DNA from: Eledone cirrhosa
Lineage: Eukaryota
Direction of reading: 5' to 3'
NCBI GenBank assembly: GCA_964016885.1
Contig: OZ024750.1
Location: 9,672,001 to 9,736,000 of the forward strand
Length of the DNA: 64,000 nt
Below are positions 39,522 to 52,595 of the stretch, piece by piece. The notes beneath the pieces were generated by a model, which had not been told where the DNA came from, made no database searches, and saw only the letters and a list, made by a program, of their open reading frames with translations. The number at the start of each line of letters is the position of its first letter. Position 1 is the first letter of the stretch. Position numbers and translations under genes: made by a program.

Positions 39522-41239
39522 TATGCATCACATAAATATGCATTTTATATATTTTTTAAAGATACATTTGATATTTATAAACATGCATGCATTCATAATC
39601 CCTCACACATATTCACACATGCATAAACATATCACTTTCTCGGACTCTCTCAATGTATGTATGTGTACACTTACACATACACACACACCTGGTATGACAT
39701 ACACACTCATACATAATTACACTAGTAGAAGACCAAACACTCCTTCCAGCAGGTCCTGCCTGTCAGAAGCAACCATTTCCAACTGATCCGGTTGCTACTG
39801 ACAGGACCTGCTGCATATGTATGTATACATACATACATACATACATACATACATACATACATACTGCGATAGCTGGCACCTTCAAAATATGCAAAACATT
39901 CTTGCGATTCAAGGGATGACAATTTCTTTTCTTTTACAACCTTGCCACCAGGAAGGTGGCCAGTCAAAAAAAATATACTCGAAATTAAGAGAAAGAGATA
40001 ACATACATACACATATATATATATATACTCATTTTTTATTGTTTAATTGCAATTGTGTGTTATGAAAAGCTAAAATAACAGTAAGTACATTGAAGTGTAA
40101 ATATCAATCAATGTGTAAACAGTTAAGATCCATTAAACAATTAGATCTCATCAACTTGTTAAAAAGAAAGAAAACCACAGCAGACTACATTAAGCATTAA
40201 AAGAACTTACTGGGAACTAGATATGTTATATATTAGATAATGGATGACCAATCAGTAGCTGTTGTATTTAGTTAACTGGAGAATAATTTTCAAATCTGTC
40301 ATGAAATTGACATGAGAAAGTGAAAAAATAGATAAAAACAAAAATCAACATAAAGATTTATTGTTGGGTTACTTGGAGTTTGATGAGGTGATCTCTGCAG
40401 GAAGGGGTGTTTATGTTTTACTTTTCTGGCTTTTAAAAGAATAAATAAATATCAATATATTTCATCATATCTCTTTTCACTGCATACACACACTGGGCAA
40501 TGTTGTTTGAGGAAGACCAGCAGTCGCCCATGCATACCAGCCTCCTCTCTTCACGCCACCGATGATGTCCAAGGGAAAGGCTATGGCCGATACAGGTTAG
40601 CATCAGTGACGTCGCAACTTATTTCTACAGCTGAGTAAACTGGAGCAACGTAAAATAAAGTGTCTTGCTCAAGGACACAACGTATCACCCAGTCCAAGAA
40701 TCGAACTCAGAACCTTTCAATTTCATGCCCAATGCTCTAACCACTTTCCATGCGCCTTCACATATATTATATACATATTATGTATACACTATATATTATA
40801 TAATAATAATGAAATTATTGTGTACAGTGCTCAGCTGCACTACAAAAAAGATTATAAGGAAACTTTACGTGAATCTCACATCTAGGATTGAACCCCAGAG
40901 CAGGATCTCCACCCCCACTAGGCCACCAAGACAGCTATATATATACACTATATGTTTCAAAATAAAAATAAAATGAGCGGTGGTGGAGTTTGAAAGAGTA
41001 GAACAATAACAATAAGAAGAAGAATTGTTTCTACTTTTGGCACAAGGCCAGCAATTACCCAGTGCATTACTGGTACTTTATTTTATCGACCCCGTAAGGG
41101 TGAAAGGCAAAGTTAATCTCGGTGGGATTTGAACTCGGAATGGCAAGGGCCCTAACTATGCTAGAAAGCATGGCGTCCGACCCTCTACCGATACTGTTGG
41201 AAGGTAAAAGAGAAACAGACAATAAGATAGAGAATTGGT

Positions 41240-42010
41240 CATGGTCATGGCTGTTGTTGTTACTGTTGTTGTTGTTACTGCTGCTGTTGTTGATAGTGGT
41301 GCTCATGTCAGTGATGGTGGTGGTAGTTGTAGTCATCATTGTGGTGCTGTTGTCAGTGATGGTGGTGGTATTGTTGTTGGTTATGATGATGTTGGTGGTG
41401 GTGGTGGTTATGCTGTTGTTGTTGCTGATGGTGATGTTGTTGTTGTGGTTAGTAGTGGTGGTGGTGGTAGTGATGCTGTTGCTGGTGGTACTGCAGTTGT
41501 TGTTGTTGCTTGTGGTGGTGGTGTTGCTGTTGGTGGTGGTGGTGGTGATGGTATTGTTGCTGTTGCTTCTGGTGATGGTGATGGTGGTGGTGTTGTTGTT
41601 GATGTTGTTGTTGATGGTGGTGATGCTGCTGTTGTTGTTGGTGATGATATTATTGTTGTTGCTTCTGGTGGTGATGGTGATGTTGCTATAGATGGTGATG
41701 GTATTAGTGTTGGTGTTGATGGTGATGGTGGTGGTGTTGCTGTTGGTGATGGTGTTGTTGTTGATGGTGGTGATGCTGCTGCTGTTGTTGGTGATGGTAT
41801 TGTTGTTGTTGCTTCTGATGGTGGTTGTGTATAACGACTATATCAGCCGTTGCTGTTGGTGATGGTGGTGTTGTTGTTGCTTCTGGTGGTGATGTTGTTG
41901 TTGATGATGGTATTATTATTGTTGGTGGTGGTGGTGTTGTTGCTTCTAGTGGTGGAGATGGTATTATTGTTGTTGCTTCTGGTGGTGATGGTGGTGATGT
42001 TGCTGGTGAT
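41240..42010. repeat. (GGT/GTT/GAT)n low-complexity tract
   Basis: Visible trinucleotide repeats; source of the poly-V/L/G ORFs. Confidence 0.9.
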
Positions 42011-42571
42011 TGTCTTCATCAGTGATATTGTAGTAACATCATGACATACATGATAGTAACAGGAATGAAAATGATAATAGTACTGATAAGATAAAGGTTG
42101 GGCTTTTTTTCTGGTAGTTTTCCTCTTTTTTTCTTTTTTTTCTTTACCTCAGAAATATTTTAGTCTTTGTTTTATTCTTTTATATTTGTTTCTTTTGCTC
42201 CTTCTGCCATAGCCATTAGCTTTCCATTTTCCATTTACTACATGCCATCCCATGAGCACCAGTTCTTTATTCCTATTAGGTCTTGTGTCATCTTTCTCTT
42301 TCATATTCTTCCACCAACTACAAAATGCTCTTCTCGTCTTCTTTAAAAGCTAATGTCTTTTCTTCTTCTTCTTCAAAACCTAATGCCTTGTCTTGTTCTT
42401 CTTTTTCTTTCATTTTTCTTTTCTTCCTTCACCATCAGTAATAATGTGTGCATTATTTCCAAATGGAGCTACAATTATCCTGACATTATCAACTGATGCA
42501 TAGCTCATGCTGCTATTAAACCTGCAGATGATATCCATAATAATCAGTGGAACTGCACCAATCTATGAACA

Positions 42572-43214
42572 CCATCTCACCATCTAGCATACCATCTAAC
42601 CATCACATCATCTAACCATTTCACCATCTAACCATTTCACCATCTAACCATCTAACTATCTCACCATAACACCATAACACCATCACACCATCTCACCATC
42701 TATCTCACCATCACACCATCTCACCATCACACCATCTCACCATCTCACCATCACACCATCTAACCATCTAACTATCTCACCATCTAACCATCTCATCATC
42801 ACACCATCTAACCATCTCACCATCACACCATCTAATTATCTCACCATCTCACCATCTAACTATCTCACCATCATACCATCACATCATTTATCATACTAAC
42901 CATCACACCATCTAACCATCACACACTAATCCATTATCATACATATGAGAGTGGCAGAGTTGGACATATGAAGGATACACATGTCCCTAGAATACCCAGT
43001 AACTTATATCAAGGGTACACATGTCCCTAGAATACCCAGTAACTTATATCAAGGGTACACATGTCCCGAGAATACCCAGTGACTTATATGAAGGGTACTC
43101 ATGTCTCTAAAACACCCAGTGACTTATATGAAGGGTATATGTGTCTCTAGAATACCCAGTGACTTATATGAAGGGTACACATGTCCCTAGAATATTTAGC
43201 AAATTAAGGGTTAA
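42572..43214. repeat. (accatc/tcacc)n short-unit repeat followed by a 40-bp minisatellite (42965-43193) that ends close to aagggTTAA
   Basis: 40-bp period (aagg at 42971, 43011, 43051...); the terminus-like aagggttaa ends at 43214. Confidence 0.88.
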
Positions 43215-44191
43215 TTTAATTAGCAGAGCATTCATCAGTTGATTGAACAACAACTGGAAGCTCATCTTTAAAACTGATGGAGGATCAATTACCTACTTAA
43301 AACTGATGGAGGACCTATCATCTACTTCCCTGCTCCCATACTGTCAGTAAAGTGTCAGTGTGATTGTGGGGGAGTTTCTGGGGGGGAGGAGTGTTTCTTC
43401 AGGAATGTCAGCTGCACTGGTGGTATATATGACTTAAAAGACAGTCTGAAGCAGCACACACACACACACACATACAAACACACAGATACACATATACATA
43501 CACACACATACAAACACACTCACACACATACAAACATACTCACACATACAGACACTCACTCAGATACACACATATACAAACATGCACTTAGACTCACACA
43601 CACATATATAAACACACATACTATACAAGAAGTCACTTTAAATACACACACACACACTATACAAGAAGACACTTTAGATACAAGAAATGATTTTTTTTTT
43701 TCATTAATTTCTTCTTAAAATCTCAATCTATGATTTCTTTCAATTAATATTCTATTACGTTTACCTTTGAGGATTTTTATTTTTATTTCAATTCTTTATT
43801 AAATAGTGGAGTTGAGTAATTACATTTCAGAATTACTGCTGCCAACAGCAAAGGATTTAAATTCTGGCAAAAGAACTGTTTTCGTTACTTAAGATGAGGC
43901 ACCATAGCATGCAATACATGCCAGCCACTGAAGCTAACACAAAGTACACTTTACCACTTTCATTGCACAATTGTGTAGTCATTGATGTAGTTAATAAGTT
44001 AGCTATACAACTACATGGTTTTAGGTTTGATGCCATGGTGCAGCACCTTTGGCAAGTGTCTTTTCTTCTACCTTTCTACAATTGTTTCAGATTGCCCAAT
44101 TATTTTATAAATGGAAGTTGGTAAATGGTTATGAAACTAAGCTGAAATATTACACAGACACACACACATATGTATATGTATACTCATTTTA

Positions 44192-44421
44192 TTAATCCTT
44201 TAGTGTTTACATTACTCTATATTTACTATTATATTTTCATGGTAAAGGCTTTACATTACATAATTATCTCACATAATATCGAATCTATGAGATTTTGATG
44301 TTATTTATTTTCAGAACAATACCTTAACATCAGTATGAGCAGCTGGTTACAGCCGGTTTGAACAGAAAGATGTGAGAGGAATTCTGGCCAGATATGGCCA
44401 GTTTGAATGCTAAAGGGTTAA
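44192..44421 (-). mobile_element. piggyBac-like MITE copy (reverse)
   Basis: Reverse complement of 9760-9982, with TTAA at both ends. Confidence 0.85.
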
Positions 44422-44609
44422 GACTAAATAGTGAGTCTTGTTATTGCTGCGTGGCATATGTTCATGTACTGCTACAGAGCTCACCAGTCTCAAATCCTTG
44501 GAGTCTCTCACTACATGTCCAAAATACTTCAGCTTGCGATCTTGTGCTATCTTTAACAATGACCAAACCATACAGTACTGTTATTTAAATAGCAACTAAA
44601 AATAAAATA

Positions 44610-44920
44610 CAAGACCACTTCTAATGCTTCCAAGAAAACTAACACCGTTCTTGGAACATTAAAAAGAATTTTTTTTTTTTTTTTTTTCGGTGCTCATCAA
44701 AAATAACCTTTAGAATGGTTTTTATGATTTTGGTTCTACTGTATTTCAAATATGGCAACATCTTTTTGGAACCAGATTACATCAACTATCATATTCATAG
44801 AGAAAACCTAGAATGCCATGCCATTATATTAATAGAAATGGTATAAAATTTTCAGTGTGCGATTAGTCTTAAGGCACTTAACATCTCTCAATTCTACATT
44901 GAAGAGGGGAGACTATATAT
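44610..44920 (+). mobile_element. Highly decayed CR1/L2-group LINE 3' remnant
   Basis: Reads ASKKTNTVLGTLKR.F...LV...FKYGN...LKALN...RGGD-like across frameshifts. Confidence 0.5.
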
Positions 44921-45597
44921 TTCTGTGAGATAATAACAGAATCAACAACAGAGACTAAAACTAGAAGTTCTATCAGTCTTCGAGAAGAAGCTATTTGTAT
45001 ATAAATTACTTAAAATACAATCCAGTAAACCTTTTGAAACGAAATATATAAATACTGTAATTTATTGCCAAAGAGGTAGCTAAGTTAAAGGGGGGGGGGG
45101 GGGGGGGATCAGTCATTTTAAGAATATACTTGGTAATAAACTTGAACAGAAAATTTTTTATGAATAAGTTGCCATTTACAGGATCTCGCTAACAGTCATA
45201 AAAACTATAAAATAACTGTATAGTGAATATTATGTAAGACTCAAAACAGTAAATTAGAATACCGATACAGTGTGAATTATAAATCAATAAATATATATTT
45301 TGCTTTGATGTAAAATTGAACACACTAAGGGTTTTTCTGTTTTGTGTTTTGTGTTTTTTTTGTAGCTTGTAAAGGAGATTGAACCAGCCAATTGTGTTAT
45401 CATTTAATACTCTAGGGTCCCAAATAATAGGACGTGGAATAAGTACGGGGTGGGTGGAAAATCTGTATATTTTCTAGGTTGTCTCCGATGATTTAAAAAA
45501 AAACAGAATTAGTCACTTTGTTTACATATTGAAACCCCAACCCATCCTATTTATTTTTGCTCATACAGAATTGATACATACATGTATGTATGTATGC

Positions 45598-45634
<37 letters not shown>

Positions 45635-45841
45635 CGGAATTCAGCTGAAAAGTTCATACGTTGACCAAGATACTCTCATGGAATGATCAAATGAGATTTA
45701 TTAGTTTATTTTTTAACATAGTCTCTGAAAAGAAACAATGCTGTTATTAATAAGAAGAGTTGAAATGAATGCATGCAAGATTTCACAGCTCTAACATCAC
45801 TACGTCATAGTCATCCGATGAATATTTAGGCCTATCCTCCT

Positions 45842-45893
<52 letters not shown>

Positions 45894-46014
45894 GGAGGTG
45901 AGTTTTATTGTAGCACAATAAAGCAATGCAAATATCGGATAAGTAGCACTCCACAGTTTATAGGACTGGAGTATAAATAATATAAGATCAAAAGATGGTT
46001 AAAAGAGTTCCAAG

Positions 46015-46085
46015 TATTTTATTATGCGCATTTCAAAATCAAATATCATCATGGGATGATATTTGCATTCTCATCAGATAAAATA
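46015..46085 (-). ncRNA. Type-I hammerhead ribozyme with palindromic stem III (PLE-type)
   Basis: Minus strand: tattttat-CTGATGA-gaatgcaaatatcatc ccat gatgatatttgatttt-GAAAtgcgcATA-ataaaata. It has an 8-bp perfect stem I, a long stem II and the ATGCGCAT palindrome. Confidence 0.78.
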
Positions 46086-46374
46086 GGGAGACATGATATG
46101 AAGCTTAAAAAACACTTGCCATGATGATATTTGTTTTTGAAATGTGCATAATAAAATACTTGGAACTCTTTTAACCATCTTTTGATCTTATATTATATAT
46201 ATATATATATATATTCATCCACTTTTCTAAAAATTAAATCATACACTAAACGCCAGCACCAACAGTTTTGCAAGAGATATCAACATGAATGGACCTGTTA
46301 TTTTTATCTAAAGACATTTTTTCCAATTCCAGCCTGCCCGTCCCCTCAATCTATCTTATCTCTCATTCTTTCTT

Positions 46375-46410
46375 TCTTCTGATGAAGGACTAGTGTCCGA
46401 AACGTTAAGA
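46375..46410 (+). ncRNA. Minimal hammerhead variant (loopless GAAAC-GTT stem III, extra A after the core); degenerate paralogue at 15088-15121
   Basis: tctt-CTGATGA-a-ggac tagt gtcc-GAAACGTT-aaga; stem I tctt/aaga, stem II ggac/gtcc. Confidence 0.65.
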
Positions 46411-46540
46411 CCCTCTTCCTGCTATATCAAGTATTAACCTAATATATCCCTTCCATATACTGTACCGATTGTGTTGTTATTTCTGTTTACCTTTTACATA
46501 CATATATATTTATATATATATAATTGTATGCATATATGTG

Positions 46541-47003
46541 TATCATCATCATCATCATCATCATTTTATGTCCGCTTTTCCCTGCTTGCAAGGGTGGGAC
46601 AGGTCTTATTCAGCACAGCATCTCTCCACTTGTCACGGTCCTTCATCATCTCCACCGTGAGCTTCAGCAATCTGAGGTCTGTTCTCACCACCTCCGCCCA
46701 TGTTTTTCCTGGTCTACCTCTACCACGTCTTCCTTCAACTGGCATTTCCTGGCACTTCTTCACCCATCGGTCATCCTCCATGCGCACCACATGTCCATAC
46801 CACTGCAGTCTCCTCTCTCGCACACTACATTCTATCCCTCTCAGACACAGTTTCTCTCTGAACACATCCATGCTGGGTCGTTCACGCACATTGACATTGC
46901 ACATCCAATGGAGCATGCTTGCCTTATTTCTCTCCAGCCAACGGAGCATGCTTGCCTCATTTCTCTCCAACCAACGGAACATGCTTGCCTCATTTCTCTC
47001 CAG
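46541..47003 (-). mobile_element. 5'-truncated RTE-clade LINE with (TGA)n tail and intact C-terminal reading frame
   Basis: ORF 46566-47054 reads ASML.WMCNV...REKL...RRLQWYGHVVRMEDDRWVKKC...VEGRRGRGRPGKTWAEVV..DL...DRDKWR. Confidence 0.9.
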
Positions 47004-47319
47004 AAATACACACACACACACGCACACACACAGCTTTATTGAGACAAATGCCAAAGAAATCTTCTATCTAGATATCTTCACATTAGTGTGAAAAAATAGA
47101 ACATCAGAGTAGCAGTCTTAACAAGGTTGAATTGGAGAAAGTAACTATAGAATGATAGAAAAACTAGTCAACCAATTAAGTTAATTTTAGTTTTACTTAT
47201 TTCTTCTCTCTTTCTCATAGAACTCAGATTTCATTCAGATAAGTTTTCCTTTTTTTTGCTCTTTCATTTTTTTTTACCAATCTTTGATTGGTTTCCCATT
47301 CACTGCTCTTAGATGTGTG

Positions 47320-47365
<46 letters not shown>

Positions 47366-47903
47366 CATACATATGACACACTGATGCATGTACACTCACA
47401 TACACATATATGTATGTATATATGTATATATATATTGTTTACTTTTGTTGTTGCTTGTGTGATTTAGTTTCTGCTAATCTGAAATAAAGTTACATCATTC
47501 TTTTCTGGAAAGTCTTTACACTTGGAAAAGGTGAGAACTGAGACAGCAGTAGTAGCAGCAGCATCATTATACACACAGTTTTCATACTGATATGTGCCAC
47601 AGACATACATACATACACACACACATATATATATATATATATACACATATATACCATACACACATACATATAGAGCATATATACATACATATAGACACAC
47701 ATGCACACAGACATACTTTCTCTATCGTCAATAAAATATATAATATACTCATGTATTGAATTAGTTCACTATCTTTATATCAGAAAGGTAGCTCTTACCA
47801 GTGCTATATACATTCATGTATATGTATATATATATGTATATGTATATAATATATAATATATTTTTTAGAACCACTGAGCAGATGGGAAGGTTTGAATTTA
47901 AAG

Positions 47904-48400
47904 TTAGTTGCTTAGTGTGATACTATTATGTATTACTTGATTGACTATGAAAGTAACTAGTTCAACTCCTATTTCTCCACATGATTTCAGCTTCTCAGCA
48001 ATTATTTCTGATGGTTCAGCAGCTTTTCCATTTACCATTTTCATGATTGCTTCTTTGACCCTGTAATTATCAACCCTGATAGCTGGTCCCTCTATTGATC
48101 CTTCTACTGGGGCTAATCCCTTTTTTACTTCCACTTATTCTCCACATTTATCAACTTCTCATAATATTTAGAGTTTTTTCTGAACATCAGTGAGTCTTAG
48201 TTTTCCAGTGTCATTATAAATACCTTTTCTCTCTACAACATCCTGGTTTACACTAGTGTCATTAAAAACACCTTTTCTTTCTACAATATCCTGGTTTACA
48301 CTGACACACTGCCTTACCGTGCAGAACTTCTCACACATCTGACTTTTATAATGTTGTAGAACATTGAAAACTTCCTCCTTTCAGCTCAGGTATGTTCTAT
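47904..48400 (-). mobile_element. Decayed internal RTE LINE fragment upstream of the RT core
   Basis: IEGPAIRVD..RVKEAIMKMVNGKAAEPSEIIAEKLKSCGEIGVELVTFIVNQVI matches the KAxGPxxIxxExLK motif of LINE ORF2. Confidence 0.75.
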
Positions 48401-49904
48401 GTAAACATGTCATCTAGGTTCTCTTTTAAATACTTGATATTGTTCTTTGCTGCCTCCATTTTTCCAGTCTACAGGGCTGTTTGTTCTCCCTCTAGGTCAC
48501 CTTTTGTCTAACTGGTACCTCCTTGCTCCAAGGACCGATCTCAATAGTGGCCTACAGTAGATTGTGTCATGTACCTACTCACCACCAAATGGGTGAGCCA
48601 TGTGTAGAGACACACCACCACATGAGAAAAACTACACCACCACCACATGAGCCATGTAGGAAAACTACAACAAATATTTTGTATAAATCATTTGCGACTC
48701 AACATGTTTCGCTGTGGTTATTCTCCCATGTTTCATCCAATAAATAAGTTTTCAGAGAAGCAGACAACTAAGAACTGTCACAGACATTTTTCTAAATTCA
48801 GCCAGAATTTCTGCTGCTATATTCTATTTTATTTCATATTTAGTTATGCAGTTTGGTTCTTTTTTCTCCATTTTTTTTTGTTGTTCTTTTGTTGTTGTTT
48901 TAAATATTTCATTTCTTTATTTATTTTTGTTGTAATCTTAAAAGCTATTCATGAAAAGAACTGTTTGATTAAAAGCAAAGATATATGTTATATATTAATA
49001 TAAATATATATAAATAATATAAGACATTCATAGTAAATATGTGACAGCTGATAAAGGATTTTAATTTTCTTTGTTATGCTTTCTTTCAATTTTCTTTCTC
49101 TATTTGTATTAAAGATACATCTTTTGTTAAGAAATAGAGAAGTAGTGTATCCATGGGCAGGTTGTCGTAGACATATACAAAAATAAAATATATTAATATC
49201 TGATATATATATATACACACTAGTACTAATACTAAAACTGCATGTCTGTTTGTGCATAACAAAAATTTAACAAAAGCAGTCCATTGCAGTACAAAAACGT
49301 TTTGACTAATGTACCTTTAAACACGTCTTTTTGACTACTGCCACCGCCACCATCACTATATATAATCAGGATAGAACCAGTTTAAAGCTGGTTAGACCAT
49401 TACTGAACAGAGTACTTGATACTTGGGGTAGTAATGTATGGAACTAGCTGTTGAAACAGCCAAAGTTCAGCCGTCAGATCCCAGCTCTTTATTATATATA
49501 TATACCAAAAATTTAACAAAAGCAGTCCATTACAGTACAAAAACGTTTTGACTAATGTACCTTTAAACACGTCTTTTTGACTACTGCCACCGCCATCACC
49601 ACCATCCAGTCCCAAACAAATGAGGTCGTGTAGGTGTCACGACAAAAAAAAAACACACAGTCCACGCTGTAATGTGGCCATGTAGGTAACACGGTAAAAA
49701 CCTCCCAGTCCACACTGTAAACGTGGTTGGTGTTAGGAAGGGCATCCAGCCGTAGAAAACCCGCCAGACAGTCCTACACGAGCAAGACAATCAATCTTGC
49801 CTCAAGTGGGAAAATTCCCGTCCAAACCCATGCAAGCGTGGAAGATGGACGTTAAACGATGATGATGATGATGATGATGATATATATATACACACACACA
49901 CATA

Positions 49905-50015
49905 TACAGGGTGTACCCCCAAAATGTATGCACACTTGTATACACAATACATACCAGTACAGGCAATATTTATTAGAATGCTGTTGAAATGTGTATACAA
50001 TTTTGGGACACCCTG

Positions 50016-50017
<2 letters not shown>
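49905..50017. mobile_element. Tc1/mariner-type MITE
   Basis: TAcagggtgtacccccaaaatgtatgcaca ... tgtatacaattttgggacaccctgTA. Confidence 0.75.
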
Positions 50018-50095
<78 letters not shown>

Positions 50096-51672
50096 TTATA
50101 TTGGTTGAGTGATTTATTGATTGACTGATAAACTGACAGCTACCGTTACATTAGATTATATGCTATGAATATTTCAGCTCTAGGCTGTTTCTTACAGACG
50201 ACTGAAGAGGAATTTTAAAATATTTCACATACATTATTTATTACAACTAAATTAGAATCACATTCACCATCATCATTCATCATTTTATATTTGCTTTTCA
50301 TATTGGTCTGAGTTAGTTTTTATTTGGAGTTATTAGCCAGAGAAAGCGACCACATGTCACGGTTTCATGTTTAGCTTGGTTTCTATAGTTAGATGCCTTA
50401 CCTTAATAGCCATCATTTTACAGAGTGTACTGGGTGCATTTGATCTTGGCCCCAGCACTAGAGAACTCTTTGGCAGAATTTAAATGCTGCCTTAACTCCC
50501 ATTCATTACATAACCACTTAAGGTGATCATATATATATATATAACAAATTTTTATTTTTTGTCGTTTTGGAAGCCTCAACAATGCAGATGGGTAAATCTC
50601 TGGGTAACAGAATCCAGTGGTGAAGTGAGAGATGTAAGGGAATGTAGAATGAGATGTATAGTGTGTAGAGGAACATAGGAAAGAGCGTAAAAAATAAAAA
50701 TAATAACACGAGATAGTTACCTTGGGAGAGATTTAATTGTCCCTATATTTCGGATTCGCATCCATCAACTGGTTGGGAGGGGGTTCCGAGGGGGAAAGTT
50801 ATCTGTCGGAGAGGAACGACCAAAACGACCAAAAAAAAAAAAAATGTTATTATTCCACAATGCTTCAAGCAAACTTCAATACTCTCTTATATATATATAT
50901 ATATCACACGCACATATATATATATATATTCACATGTGTATATATATAGATGTACCTTCCATTATGTTATGTTCTATACATCAATTTAATAAAGAAAAAT
51001 TTATTTATTTTACAAAACCCCTTCAAACTCTTGATTATTTTTCAAAGTTAATTTCTCATCATGAATTGCATGTTTTATTAGAAATATGGTCACAAAAGAG
51101 TTAAATATTTTTAAAAATATATATATAAACTTTATAGAGCTGAAATATATTGCAATGTATATATAATATCATTTTTTGTGGTTAGTAAATGCTGTTTCTT
51201 TCTCAATTACTAATCTACTGATATGTATATTTCATCTAATTTTATGTACATAAAACAATTTAATCTACTTATCAACAAACCAGCTTTAATATTTTAACCA
51301 GTTTTGATTCTGTTCAGATTTTGTGTGTCGTAGAAAATTGTTTTTAAAATTACTTTTATGGCAAAATATAAATAAATATTGTTTTATTTTGAAATTTTTT
51401 TCATTTCTAAAATGTTAAATTTCTAAAATTCTGCATATAGATTACATTGTAGTGACTATTTTATTAAAAGCAAAACATAGGTTTATGAAAAAGCTAAAGT
51501 ATGCATTGCTATTTTTAATACAATGTGACATAAAATGAATTTAGATAAAAATAGATGAATGAAAGTTAATGGCATTTATTTAATTTACTTTGAAGTTGAA
51601 CAGTGATATTGTAATAAAGTGTTATTTTAAAGAAACAAACAAGCAGACATTACTGAGTGAGGGGAAATGGCA

Positions 51673-51932
51673 TTAACCTTGTGGTCAACAGTTTATATCT
51701 TGACCTTGTGGTCAACCGTTTATATCTTGAGCTAGTGCTCAACAGTTTATATCTTGAGCTAGTGGTTAACAGTTCATATCTTGAGCTAGTGCTCAACAGT
51801 TTATATCTTAATCTAGAGGTCAACAGTTCATATCTTGAGCTAGTGCTCAACAGTTCATATTTTGAGCTAGTGCTCAACAGTTTATATCTTGAGCTAGTGG
51901 TCACAGTTTATATCATGAGCTAGTGGTCAACT
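51673..51932. repeat. 27-bp minisatellite (agtgctcaacagtttatatcttgagct)n, about 9 units, at the end of a family D element
   Basis: 27-bp periodicity; explains the repetitive ORFs at 51650-51923. Confidence 0.92.
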
Positions 51933-52595
51933 GTTCAAAAGCATTCTAGCCATGACTATCCTGTCTTTTTTTAAATATCTTAGGTTATATTAGCTAATGT
52001 TCATTTCTGTTTCTTTTTAAGAAGGTGGGTTGTAGTTTGATGGAGATTTGGTTGTTATTTCCATCAGGCTGAAGGTCCCATTGAAACCTTTAGTTGTGAC
52101 ATATATAAACTTTCTCAATAGCAAAATGAAATCAAAACCATAGCCCTACTCACAAAATAAAACTGATTATGATTGTCAGAATGATATCAGTTCAGGCTAC
52201 AGTAAATAGATTAATAAATCCCATTATATAATCATCAGCACTTGTTTTATCAACCTTGACAATGTATATGATAAGATTTAAACTATTTTATATTATTTTT
52301 AAGTCTAGCCCCGAGCAAATGTACTGTAAGTCACTGTTGTGTACCACTTAGCTTGTCATGGAAGGTATGTTTTATTCAATAGGACTTCACCAAATGTTTG
52401 ATTAGCTAATGAAGCAACACTGAATTAGAGTTAGTCAAGTTGATATGACATTGAACTGCAAGTCAAAAGTTCAACGTTTCATATCACCTCATCACCAGTA
52501 GTATTAAGATAGCTCCTTGGCCAACTTTTAGAAACTTTCAATATTCAACTTCAGATCAAAGTTTACAATCATCTTGGACATAACTAACATTAATT

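Noticed and set aside
41122-42044. Long poly-Val/Leu/Gly ORFs
   Set aside because: Translations of trinucleotide low-complexity DNA; the first ORF starts inside a reversed SINE.
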